From contig JAJCZR010000004.1 of assembly GCA_029262295.1 (NCBI GenBank), positions 14,313 through 78,312 of the forward strand: a stretch of 64,000 nucleotides of DNA. Direction: 5' to 3'. The DNA comes from Deltaproteobacteria bacterium. Lineage in GTDB: Bacteria; Desulfobacterota_D; UBA1144; Nemesobacterales; Nemesobacteraceae. The notes beneath the pieces are model-generated. The model did no database searches. It had not been told where the DNA came from and saw only the letters and a list, made by a program, of their open reading frames with translations. Shown piece by piece: positions 36,812 through 48,019 of this stretch; position 1 is the first letter of the stretch; each line of letters begins with the position of its first letter. The position numbers were made by a program, and so were the translations under genes.

Positions 36812-37663
36812 TCAGAATGAGTCGATATCACCATCAGAATTTGGGTTATTATCAAAAAGTATAAGTGAACGTGTTAAAACAGAACCACTACCTTCGTTTG
36901 AAATACCAGTTGCAAAACTTCCTGTAATAGCAGTATTTACAACAGCCCCTGTGGAACTGTCTTCAAAAGAGATACCAATACCAGGATCTGGCGTGAAGTC
37001 ATCAGATGGAAAATCACCTGTGCCGGGATTTAATCTGTAACCAGTGGCAGTAACATGACTATCTTTTATTGTTACTACTGCACTGTCTGATACCAAGATT
37101 CCATAATTAATATTATTTTCTACACTGCAACCTGAAATTGTTACATGTGAGTCTCCACGCACATCAATTCCATTAGTCCAGTTTCTTGTAACTATATTTT
37201 TGATTGTTACCCTTCTGTTTTCAGGTGCATCCACAATTATTCCGGGGGCTCCCTGCCTGGCACCGCTTCCATCATCACCCTGCAGCACAGCATCTATACT
37301 TGCTGAAACCCCAGGTGCAGCTTCTAAAACCACATTGCCTGCAAGTGTTACAACTTCAGGAAAAGTGCCGGAAGTAACAATAGTTATACGACCATTGTTG
37401 TTAACACCATCCGAGCTGTTAGCTCCGTTGATTGTGCCGAAGACCCTGTCGCCATCTGTATCTTCAGCAGTACCGATAACTCCATCGCCGTCGTAGTCAC
37501 CGCAAGTGCCGGCTACCGGTGCAGAGTCTGAACCAGCAGGTGGTACATTACAGTTACCTTCAACCAATACTGGGTGATTGGCAAATGCATTGGAACTCCA
37601 GGATATTGCAAAAAACATTGCTACTATAAAAGCTGCAAATTTAATTTTTTTAAAAATGTGCAT
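36812..37663 (-). CDS. secreted right-handed beta-helix protein, tandem paralog (~85% identical core) lacking the C-terminal sorting tail
   Basis: Same AFA|NHPVLVEGNCNVPP N-terminus and beta-helix core as 35742..36758. Ends ...DNNPNSDGDIDSF with no TM or basic tail. Confidence 0.7.
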   Translation of the reverse strand: MHIFKKIKFAAFIVAMFFAISWSSNAFANHPVLVEGNCNVPPAGSDSAPVAGTCGDYDGDGVIGTAEDTDGDRVFGTINGANSSDGVNNNGRITIVTSGTFPEVVTLAGNVVLEAAPGVSASIDAVLQGDDGSGARQGAPGIIVDAPENRRVTIKNIVTRNWTNGIDVRGDSHVTISGCSVENNINYGILVSDSAVVTIKDSHVTATGYRLNPGTGDFPSDDFTPDPGIGISFEDSSTGAVVNTAITGSFATGISNEGSGSVLTRSLILFDNNPNSDGDIDSF

Positions 37664-37900
37664 ATTATTCCTCCTTTATTATGAAAAGTTTTTATATTTA
37701 TTTAAGATAACTAATAGTAGTTACGTAACAAATATGATTATCGGATAAATTGAAAAAAGAATATAAAAATAATGCTTGACATGTTAAGTAGGCCGCTTTA
37801 TCTTATACTTGCAACTTAAGTTAATCACTTAATTTGCAATCATCCTCCATCCTCCTTTAGATTTGCGGGAAAGTCTTAAAAAACTTTTCCGCATTTCTTT

Positions 37901-38506
37901 TTAATAGTTGGCCCTTTCTTTAAATACCCCTGCTTTAAAAAGTGAAACTAAAAGAAGAATATGTAAGACAAGAGTTATTTGAGCATAAGGTTTAATAGAG
38001 AAATCATAAATCCTTGTCCAGTCGCCAAAAGAAACTATTGAAAACATTGGATAGACAATCAAAGAATAAATAAGTTCAATTTTCACAAAACTAATTGCCA
38101 GCTCTTTAAATATAGGCTTTTTAATAAACCTTATAAAAGGTATTGGAATGAGTCCGATAACTATTGAAACAAGATTTCCACAAAATGAAATCCACCATCT
38201 TTCTGGCTGAGTAAATTCGCCACTTGGAAGTACATATCCCCAAAATATTCTCCATTGAAATTCTTCAACTTCGCCTCCAAAGTGCCAGACTGGAATTGCA
38301 TGACCAAGTTCATGAAGAAGTACACCTATAGGGATCAAAAAGAAAAAGGCAGCCTGCGTTATAAGCGCCCTATCCTGCCTTGATACATTATCATCAAGCA
38401 AAGATTCTCTACTTTTATATAGATCTATCCCGACTTTTATGCTAATAAGAACATAGAAAATGGAAATAAGATCGAATGATATGAATGAAAAGCCCATTGG
38501 TTGCAA
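37901..38506 (-). CDS. membrane-embedded putative zinc metalloprotease (HExxH; DUF3267-like)
   Basis: 201 aa with 4-5 TM helices. HELGH motif immediately after a TM helix. Confidence 0.5.
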   Translation of the reverse strand: MQPMGFSFISFDLISIFYVLISIKVGIDLYKSRESLLDDNVSRQDRALITQAAFFFLIPIGVLLHELGHAIPVWHFGGEVEEFQWRIFWGYVLPSGEFTQPERWWISFCGNLVSIVIGLIPIPFIRFIKKPIFKELAISFVKIELIYSLIVYPMFSIVSFGDWTRIYDFSIKPYAQITLVLHILLLVSLFKAGVFKERANY

Positions 38507-38609
38507 ATATTTTACTGTTAAACAGCTATATTAAAATGAAAAATTATATAATCACTAAAAATCATGGCCTTAAAGAATAAAGCTTGACTTTATAAAGCTA
38601 AGATTTATA

Positions 38610-38924
38610 TTGAATTATGTGATTAAAAGTTTCTGGGATAAAAGAACAAAAGACATTTTTGACGGGAATGAGATAAAAAATTTAAATAATAATCTGCAAA
38701 ATAAAGCGAGAAGAAAACTAATATTACTGAATAGTGCAGAAAATTTATTAGCAATCAAAGTTTTTAGAAGCAATAGACTTGAAAAGAAAGAAGGGAAAAT
38801 TCGTGGCATGAAAGGTTACCCAAACAAATGGTTTTCAATTTGGGTTGATGGGGCAAACAGAATTATTTTTACTTGGCATGAAAATAATGCACATAATGTT
38901 TTATTTCATGACTATCATAAGTAG
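38610..38924 (+). CDS. higB: type II toxin, HigB-like (RelE/ParE superfamily killer protein)
   Basis: Resembles HigB-like killer proteins (...KIRGMKGYPNKWFSIWVDGANRIIFTWHENNAHNVLFHDYH). Non-ATG start (TTG at 38610 or GTG at 38619). Toxin-first gene order is typical of higBA. Confidence 0.75.
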   Translation: MNYVIKSFWDKRTKDIFDGNEIKNLNNNLQNKARRKLILLNSAENLLAIKVFRSNRLEKKEGKIRGMKGYPNKWFSIWVDGANRIIFTWHENNAHNVLFHDYHK

Positions 38925-38935
38925 GAGGTTTAACT

Positions 38936-39277
38936 ATGTCTGAATATGAATTAACGGGAAAAAAATTAGATGCGGTCCATGTTGGTTCTGTATTAAAAGA
39001 ATTGTTAGACGATTACGAAATCTCGCAAAGTTCACTGGCATTACAGATTGGAGTTACATATCCAACGTTAAATGATCTTTGTAATGAAAAGAAAAATCTT
39101 TCAACTGAAATGGCTTTAAGATTAGCAAGGGTATTTGAAGAATGGGGGCTCAATTTTAATTTTTGGATGAATATACAAAAACAGTATGAGCAAGATGTAA
39201 AAGAAACTGAATTATCTGAAGTCTTGAATAAGATAGAACCTTATAGAGCTGAAATCAATGAAGAACTTAAAGTATAG
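38936..39277 (+). CDS. higA: type II antitoxin HigA, XRE-family HTH
   Basis: AGGAGG Shine-Dalgarno upstream. HTH_3 motif (ISQSSLALQIGVTYPTLNDLCNEKKNLSTEMALRLARVF). Lies 11 nt after higB. Confidence 0.8.
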   Translation: MSEYELTGKKLDAVHVGSVLKELLDDYEISQSSLALQIGVTYPTLNDLCNEKKNLSTEMALRLARVFEEWGLNFNFWMNIQKQYEQDVKETELSEVLNKIEPYRAEINEELKV

Positions 39278-39291
39278 TTTTTATGTAAATG

Positions 39292-40056
39292 CTAATTACT
39301 ATCTATATGGTCTTTGATTGCTCTATAAACTATGCCCTGAAATTGAGAAATGTTTTCATCAATTTTTGCAAAAGGAAAATCGGCAGTTTTAGCATGAACA
39401 TTATCTCTTAAAAAAGTATATATTGATATTTCTTCCCCGTGATAACCAGTCTCTTTTTCTACATGAGGATATTTATCTTTTATCCACTCATCTGCATTTG
39501 CTCTGTTCTCTCCATTTAATTTCTCCAAAATTCTGAATAACAAGAAATGTTTTAGTCCATCAGACTCTTGACTTGTGGCTTCACGCCACATTAAGAGAAT
39601 TTCATTTATTTCATCATCATAATTATTATTAAGTTTTCTTTTTATCTCTCCACCCTCAACTTCTTTTAATATATTTATCGCCTCAGAGATACAGATATTT
39701 TCAGTAGCAGATATCTGAGTATCACTACCTATTTCTTTAACATGAATGTCAGAGAAGTTGTATTTAGATATATATAAACTGTATTCCCAAGACAGTATAT
39801 TTAATATTCTGGATACTTCGTTTTTTGCCAAATGCTCAAAGGGTAATTTATCGTCAGATTTAGCCTCAATTATAATTTCCAAAGAATCACTTGAATTAGA
39901 ATTTAAAAAAACATTTAAGACTGAAGATTTGTATTCAATTTCCTCTTTGAATTTTAATTGATTGTTTTTAGACAGTGTTACTGTTGCTATTACCTTATAC
40001 TCATTTTTCATGCTCATACTTACATCTGGTTTGTGATAAGAATTAACGCCTTTCAA
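39292..40056 (-). CDS. hypothetical cytoplasmic protein (254 aa), acidic, no recognisable domain
   Basis: Long ORF with no signal peptide. Overlaps the upstream lipocalin-like gene by 14 bp, which suggests co-transcription. Confidence 0.45.
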   Translation of the reverse strand: MKGVNSYHKPDVSMSMKNEYKVIATVTLSKNNQLKFKEEIEYKSSVLNVFLNSNSSDSLEIIIEAKSDDKLPFEHLAKNEVSRILNILSWEYSLYISKYNFSDIHVKEIGSDTQISATENICISEAINILKEVEGGEIKRKLNNNYDDEINEILLMWREATSQESDGLKHFLLFRILEKLNGENRANADEWIKDKYPHVEKETGYHGEEISIYTFLRDNVHAKTADFPFAKIDENISQFQGIVYRAIKDHIDSN

Positions 40057-40399
40057 AAAACATTACAGCGCCTTTGTGATTTACTTTGAGAGTTTTATTT
40101 GGTTCAAATGAAACGACTTCCCAGATTTGTTGACCTCGTTGATCGAAATAAATAATAGTACTTGCGTCATTTACTTTATAGTTTGCTTTTGCACTGCTTC
40201 CACCCTTACTGCTTATAACTTCACCATTATCTTTAAATTCCATGATCATATTAATAGAACGTTTACTGTTTTCATCACCTTCTTCCATCCAGTGTGTAAA
40301 CTCCCATTTACCAACTAAATTGTCTTTTGTAACTGAACCACTCCAGGCAAAAGAAACAAACAAGAATAAAATTAGTTGAGAAAAAATAAGTTTTTTCAT
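40043..40399 (-). CDS. secreted lipocalin-like small beta-barrel protein
   Basis: Signal peptide followed by a ~95-aa domain. The GKWEF...W motif is typical of lipocalin-like/YceI-like domains. Confidence 0.45.
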   Translation of the reverse strand: MKKLIFSQLILFLFVSFAWSGSVTKDNLVGKWEFTHWMEEGDENSKRSINMIMEFKDNGEVISSKGGSSAKANYKVNDASTIIYFDQRGQQIWEVVSFEPNKTLKVNHKGAVMFFERR

Positions 40400-40493
40400 A
40401 TTTCACCTTCCGAGTGAGTATTTTGATTCTATTTTTTAAGCAATGTTCAGCAATTACTCATAAACAAAAAGGTAACTACTTACAGCAACATTC

Positions 40494-40530
40494 CATCATC
40501 CTGGATGCCGCATCGAGTGCGGCATGACAA
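40494..40530 (+). repeat. TGTCAT-hairpin repeat family, copy 3
   Basis: CATCATCCTGGATGCCGCAtcgagTGCGGCATGACAA. Stem ATGCCGCA/TGCGGCAT differs from copy 1 by a compensated pair (A-T to G-C). Confidence 0.6.
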
Positions 40531-40541
40531 TAAATGTATTA

Positions 40542-43097
<2,556 letters not shown>

Positions 43098-43207
43098 TTA
43101 AAACATTTGGAAATAATTTTATTTGCCCATTTTAGCTATTTTCAGACGACTATTTTCAACTGATTTAATCCAATTATTTTAACAAGAAAATAAACAAATT
43201 TTGGCTA

Positions 43208-44479
43208 TCAACTTTTATATTTAAGATTGTAATACTGAATCATGGCACTTATTGCATGCTGCACATAATCTATTCTTATATCATGGTTAATTTTATAGTT
43301 TTTTTGTGAACTTAGATAAGAAACCCTTCCCGGAAAACCCCCCTTAAATTCACCTGAGATAATCTGGGAACGTAAAAGAAACTTCGTTCCTTGCTCAGCA
43401 TATTGCATTATCTTCACTTTTAGTGCCTGGTTTTCATCCGGAAGGATTTCATAAGCTGCAAGTAGCCCTTCAAGCGTGGTTGAGATTGGGGCGATTCGGT
43501 CTGATTTTATATCTTTTATCTGGTACACACCCGTCTTCTTATTTAATTTTGACTTCGATCTTATTATATTTTCACAAATTTGCAGGGCATGATCTATAAA
43601 AAGCTGTTTTGGAAAATCAAATTTATTTTTTTCTGACAGTTTAAATATCTTGTTTGTAGCAAGAAGTGCCCAGTGATCGTCTGGCACCTTACTCTTCCCT
43701 TTTCTAGATTCAGCAAGGTAGTTTAATATCTTCACAGAAGTGTTAATCCACTTCGGATCAGGATCAACCTCATAAAGCATCGCAAGGCCAAGAGCGGCCT
43801 CACCTGGATAATATAAAGAGGTCCAGTCATCAAGCCTTCCACCTTTAAGAAAGTTATATTTTGAGTAGTAATTGCCATCCTCTTTGAGCATAAACTGAAT
43901 AAATTTTGCCAGTTTTCTCAATGTCTCAATATCAACAGAATCACTATCAATGCTTTTTAACCCTGAAAGGGCAACAAGTGCAAGACCAGCACCTCCAAGT
44001 TTTGCTTGCCTGAAATATGGAGAACTCAAAGTATAAGGATCGGACCACACGGCAAGCATATCTTGCTGACGAGGAACACTAGCAATGCAGCAACCTTGAA
44101 GATAAGAAGAAGCTTTTTTTATTGTCTTGAGCGTTTCTGGGTCTTTATTAAAATTATAAGAAAGCCAAAGAGAGTAGACTGTGCCGGAATGTCTTAACTC
44201 ATTATATGAGTCTTTATTTCTATGGTTGTCATTCAGGTAGTTATTGTAGACGAACTTTCCACTTTCAAAATTATATCTTTGAAGATATTGAGCCCCGTTT
44301 TTTATAGCCTCTTTAAGATATTTGGGAAAATTACTTTCGGGTATATCTATATCGCCTGAAATAAGTTTGGTAGAAACATCACTTTGCTGAATTACATACT
44401 CATTCTTTTCAGAGAAAGAACTGACTGTGAGAAATAATGAAAGAACAAAAGAGGCAAAAAATATCTTTGCTAAATTCAT
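43208..44479 (-). CDS. secreted hypothetical protein (~424 aa)
   Basis: Start chosen at the internal Met (MNLAKIFFASFVLSLFLTVSSF, a signal peptide) 13 nt downstream of the dcd stop. The ORF-track start at 44587 would overlap dcd by 95 nt. Confidence 0.5.
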   Translation of the reverse strand: MNLAKIFFASFVLSLFLTVSSFSEKNEYVIQQSDVSTKLISGDIDIPESNFPKYLKEAIKNGAQYLQRYNFESGKFVYNNYLNDNHRNKDSYNELRHSGTVYSLWLSYNFNKDPETLKTIKKASSYLQGCCIASVPRQQDMLAVWSDPYTLSSPYFRQAKLGGAGLALVALSGLKSIDSDSVDIETLRKLAKFIQFMLKEDGNYYSKYNFLKGGRLDDWTSLYYPGEAALGLAMLYEVDPDPKWINTSVKILNYLAESRKGKSKVPDDHWALLATNKIFKLSEKNKFDFPKQLFIDHALQICENIIRSKSKLNKKTGVYQIKDIKSDRIAPISTTLEGLLAAYEILPDENQALKVKIMQYAEQGTKFLLRSQIISGEFKGGFPGRVSYLSSQKNYKINHDIRIDYVQHAISAMIQYYNLKYKS

Positions 44480-44492
44480 ATTGAAATTTATC

Positions 44493-45053
44493 TTATTTGG
44501 AAATTCTGGGCGTGGTAATTCCAACCTGTCTTTGATACTTACCTTTTTTGTCTTCATAAGAAGTTTCACATTCTTCATCGCCTTCAAAGAAAAGCACCTG
44601 GGCTATTCCCTCGTTAGCATATATTTTAGCAGGAATTGGAGTGGTGTTTGATATTTCAAGCGTCACGTAACCTTCCCATTCCGGTTCAAACGGTGTTACG
44701 TTCACTATAATACCGCATCTTGCATAAGTGGATTTTCCAAGACAAATTGTGAGGGTACTTCGCGGGATTTTAAAATATTCCATTGTTCTTGCAAGTGCAA
44801 AAGAATTGGGAGGGATAATACACTCATCTGCCTTTATTTCCACAAAGGATTTATCATCAAAATTTTTGGGGTCGACCAAGCTGTTGTGGACATTTGTAAA
44901 CACTTTAAACTCATCGGTAACCCTTATGTCATAACCATAAGAGGAAAGGCCATAGGAGATTACACCTTTGCTAATCTGTCCTTCCACAAATGGTTCGATC
45001 ATATTGTGTTCAAGCGCCATTTTTCTTATCCAGTGATCTGGTTTAATTCCCAT
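44493..45053 (-). CDS. dcd: dCTP deaminase
   Basis: [13 protein letters not shown]...SSYGYDIR...GKSTYARCG matches the Dcd/dUTPase superfamily. Confidence 0.9.
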   Translation of the reverse strand: MGIKPDHWIRKMALEHNMIEPFVEGQISKGVISYGLSSYGYDIRVTDEFKVFTNVHNSLVDPKNFDDKSFVEIKADECIIPPNSFALARTMEYFKIPRSTLTICLGKSTYARCGIIVNVTPFEPEWEGYVTLEISNTTPIPAKIYANEGIAQVLFFEGDEECETSYEDKKGKYQRQVGITTPRISK

Positions 45054-45143
45054 TTTAAGCTCCCGTTATTAAATTCAAATTGGAATGCATAATACCATAT
45101 ATTGAGCCTGTAAACAAAAAAATAGTCTATTTTGTGGTTTCAA

Positions 45144-45506
45144 CTAATAATTAATATTTAGAAGTGAAAGCAATTTTACCATCACAAAGTAGCAAAAAAC
45201 CATAATTGCAAGTGAGAAAAGAAGGCTCAGATAAAAATTCACCTGATATTTCAAAAATAATGGAAGGGCAATAAAAAAGACAAGTGAAGGAATAACAAGC
45301 CAAAAGATACTCTTTGATAACGATGATATTTGTTCAATATCTTTTGTGTCAATATATATCCATGTAATTGCTAAAACCGACACCAACGGCACTGATGCCA
45401 AAATAGCCCCAAAAAGTGAACTTCTCTTGGATATTTCTGAGATTAATACGATTAAAAGAGCCGAGATAAAAAGTTTTACTATGTAAAAGACCATACTTTT
45501 AGACAA
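45144..45506 (-). CDS. small membrane protein (DUF3147-like)
   Basis: 120 aa with 4 TM helices. 8-bp overlap with pheS. Confidence 0.45.
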   Translation of the reverse strand: MSKSMVFYIVKLFISALLIVLISEISKRSSLFGAILASVPLVSVLAITWIYIDTKDIEQISSLSKSIFWLVIPSLVFFIALPLFLKYQVNFYLSLLFSLAIMVFCYFVMVKLLSLLNINY

Positions 45507-46518
45507 ACTGTCTTAGAAACCTGATATCGTTTTCAAAAAATAACCTTATATCATTAACACCATATTTTAACATAGTTATTCGCTCCACACCCATACCAAA
45601 TGCAAAACCCGAATAAACTTCAGTATCGTACCCCACACTTTTAAAGACTTCGGGATCAACCATGCCACAACCTAAAACTTCAAGCCAACCTGTATCTTTA
45701 CAAACACGGCAGCCTTTTCCAGAACATATTTCACATTCAATATCCACTTCCGCGCTTGGCTCAGTGAACGGAAAGAAACTGGGCCTGAACCTGATATTGG
45801 TATTTTCTCCAAAGGTAAGGTTTATGAACTGAGTTATAATTGATTTAAGATTTCCAAAAGTAATATTCTTGTCCACCAAAAGCCCTTCTATCTGATGAAA
45901 CATTGGGGTATGTGAGACATCACTATCACATCTGTATACTTTTCCAGGTGCAATTATCTTTACCGGGGGAAGCTGGTTTTGCATTACACGTACCTGCACT
46001 GGTGAGGTGTGAGTACGCAGAACTATATCATCAGAAATATAAAAAGTGTCTTGCATATCACGGGCAGGATGATCTTTAGGAATATTAAGCGCTTCAAAAT
46101 TGTAATAATCCATTTCAATTTCAGGCCCTTCTGCCACTTCAAAACCCATTCTCTCAAAATTATAAACAATCTCTTCCATTACCTGAGTTATTGGATGTTT
46201 AGCACCGATGGGCATACCCCTTCCCGGGAGGGTAAAGTCTGTTGCTTCTTCAAGAAGTGTTTTTTCTCTTAATACCTTCTTTATCTCATCTGATTTTTGA
46301 TCAAGGAGTATTTCAATATGGTTTTTGGCTTCATTTATTTTTTTCCCAAGCTCACGCCGTTCTTCTGCGGCCACATCTCTCATTGATTTCAAAAGATCGG
46401 TAATCAAGCCTTTTTTCCCAACATATTTGGCCTTTACCTGCTGAAGTGTATTCTCGTCCATAATATTTTTGAGATCTTCAGCAATCTTATCTTTTGCTTC
46501 TTTTATCTTATCATTCAT
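45499..46518 (-). CDS. pheS: phenylalanine--tRNA ligase alpha subunit
   Basis: Class II motifs (FRPSFFPFTEPSAEVD; GWLEVLGCGMVDP..AFGMGVERI). Confidence 0.9.
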   Translation of the reverse strand: MNDKIKEAKDKIAEDLKNIMDENTLQQVKAKYVGKKGLITDLLKSMRDVAAEERRELGKKINEAKNHIEILLDQKSDEIKKVLREKTLLEEATDFTLPGRGMPIGAKHPITQVMEEIVYNFERMGFEVAEGPEIEMDYYNFEALNIPKDHPARDMQDTFYISDDIVLRTHTSPVQVRVMQNQLPPVKIIAPGKVYRCDSDVSHTPMFHQIEGLLVDKNITFGNLKSIITQFINLTFGENTNIRFRPSFFPFTEPSAEVDIECEICSGKGCRVCKDTGWLEVLGCGMVDPEVFKSVGYDTEVYSGFAFGMGVERITMLKYGVNDIRLFFENDIRFLRQFV

Positions 46519-46545
46519 AACAAATTCCCGATTTGATTTTTGTAA

Positions 46546-47070
46546 TTAGAAAAAAGATTTTACCGTGATAAACACCATTATCAATCCCATTGCAACTTTT
46601 GAGAACACTCCGCCAAGTTTCCCCAAGAATACTCCCCATGCAGATCTAAGCGACTCCTTCATATTCCTGCCATTAATTAACTCAAAAAAAAGAGCACCTA
46701 TATAAGCACCGGTAAAAGCTCCTATTAAAGCTCCAAAACCAAAAAAAAGTGGTGCCAGCCATATACCACCAATAATTCCAAATATTATTGATACAAGTAT
46801 TGCTTTGTTGCTCGACTGATATCTTTTTGCACCAATAATACCTATCAAAAAATCAACGAGCTCTGCAAGAAGTGCAATAACAACAAGAATAATTACAATT
46901 TTTATATTTATCTGTTGAAAGCCTTCATACCATGCCAAAAGAAGTGATAGGCCTAAGATTATAAAATTACCGGGAAGGTTAAAAATGTGGGAAGCCAGTG
47001 CAGCAAAAGAAAATAAAATATATAAAACTAAGACCAGAATTGGAACTACATCATTCGAAAGAAACTCCAT
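46546..47070 (-). CDS. DUF456-family membrane protein
   Basis: 174 aa with 4 TM helices and Gly-rich helices typical of DUF456. Confidence 0.45.
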   Translation of the reverse strand: MEFLSNDVVPILVLVLYILFSFAALASHIFNLPGNFIILGLSLLLAWYEGFQQINIKIVIILVVIALLAELVDFLIGIIGAKRYQSSNKAILVSIIFGIIGGIWLAPLFFGFGALIGAFTGAYIGALFFELINGRNMKESLRSAWGVFLGKLGGVFSKVAMGLIMVFITVKSFF

Positions 47071-47074
47071 CTAT

Positions 47075-47995
47075 TTATGAGGTTGTTGCCTTTTTCCTGT
47101 TTGTAAAGTAAATCACAAAAGAACTTGCAACAAATATAGAAGAGTAAGTTCCCAGAATAACACCTATAATTAGAGTAAATGCAAAATCATGTATTATTGA
47201 CCCACCCAGTAAAAACAGTGGCACAAGCACAATAAAAACTGTGATAGTTGTAAGAATTGTCCTTGAAAGTGTCTGGTTAATACCTTCATTTACAATCTGG
47301 ATAAAGCTCTTTTGGGGATTATTCCCCATGTTTTCCCTTATCCTGTCGAATATTACAATTGTGTCATTAACGGAGTAACCCACAACAGTTAAAAGCGCCG
47401 CAACAAGGGCAAGGGTGAATTCTTTATCTAAAAGCGAAATCGCACCGAGAGCAATTGTAAAATCGTGAAGAAGGGCTATTACAGCTCCCATTGCAAAAGC
47501 AAATTGAAAGCGAAATATAAGATAAATAAGAATACCTACACAACCAAAGAGTATTGCAAGGATAGCTTTTGTGATAAGCTCCTTTCCCACTTTTGGACCG
47601 ATATAATCAATTCTGAGAATAGATGCCCCTTCAAAATCAGGTGTTTCTTTAATAATTTTTTGAAGTTGATTCTGAAAATCCTGAACTTTTTCAAAATCCG
47701 CAAGTTCAGGGGCAAAACTTATCAGGTACTCATTATCAACGGAAAGACCAAATTGCTGGACTGTTTCAGCCGGGAAACCACTTGAACTAAATTCATCTTT
47801 TAAAACATCTATATCCACATGTTTTGGTAGTTTTAAGTGCATCTCTGTCCCACCTGTAAACTCAACGCCCCAGTTTGGTCCACCATGGATTAATAGCGAA
47901 ACAAGTGTGATTACCACAAGGGCAACGGAAATCTTGAAAGTTATTCCTCTTTTTGAAATAAAATCATAATTTGAGTTGGGTTTAATTAGATCCAA
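47075..47995 (-). CDS. secF: protein translocase subunit SecF
   Basis: Six TM helices with a periplasmic loop. Follows secD on the same strand. Confidence 0.85.
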   Translation of the reverse strand: MDLIKPNSNYDFISKRGITFKISVALVVITLVSLLIHGGPNWGVEFTGGTEMHLKLPKHVDIDVLKDEFSSSGFPAETVQQFGLSVDNEYLISFAPELADFEKVQDFQNQLQKIIKETPDFEGASILRIDYIGPKVGKELITKAILAILFGCVGILIYLIFRFQFAFAMGAVIALLHDFTIALGAISLLDKEFTLALVAALLTVVGYSVNDTIVIFDRIRENMGNNPQKSFIQIVNEGINQTLSRTILTTITVFIVLVPLFLLGGSIIHDFAFTLIIGVILGTYSSIFVASSFVIYFTNRKKATTS

Positions 47996-48019
47996 AGTAA
48001 ATATCCTCCGAAGATGAGC

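Noticed and set aside
37865-37902. Hairpin GCGGGAAAGT...ACTTTTCCGC plus T-tract on the + strand as a terminator
   Set aside because: There is no upstream plus-strand gene to terminate. It overlaps the stop of the minus-strand zincin gene, so it could be a weak bidirectional terminator, but it was not called as a feature.
44480-44587. Longer N-terminus for the secreted protein 43208..44587, overlapping dcd by 95 nt
   Set aside because: The internal Met at 44479 begins a textbook signal peptide and removes the overlap.
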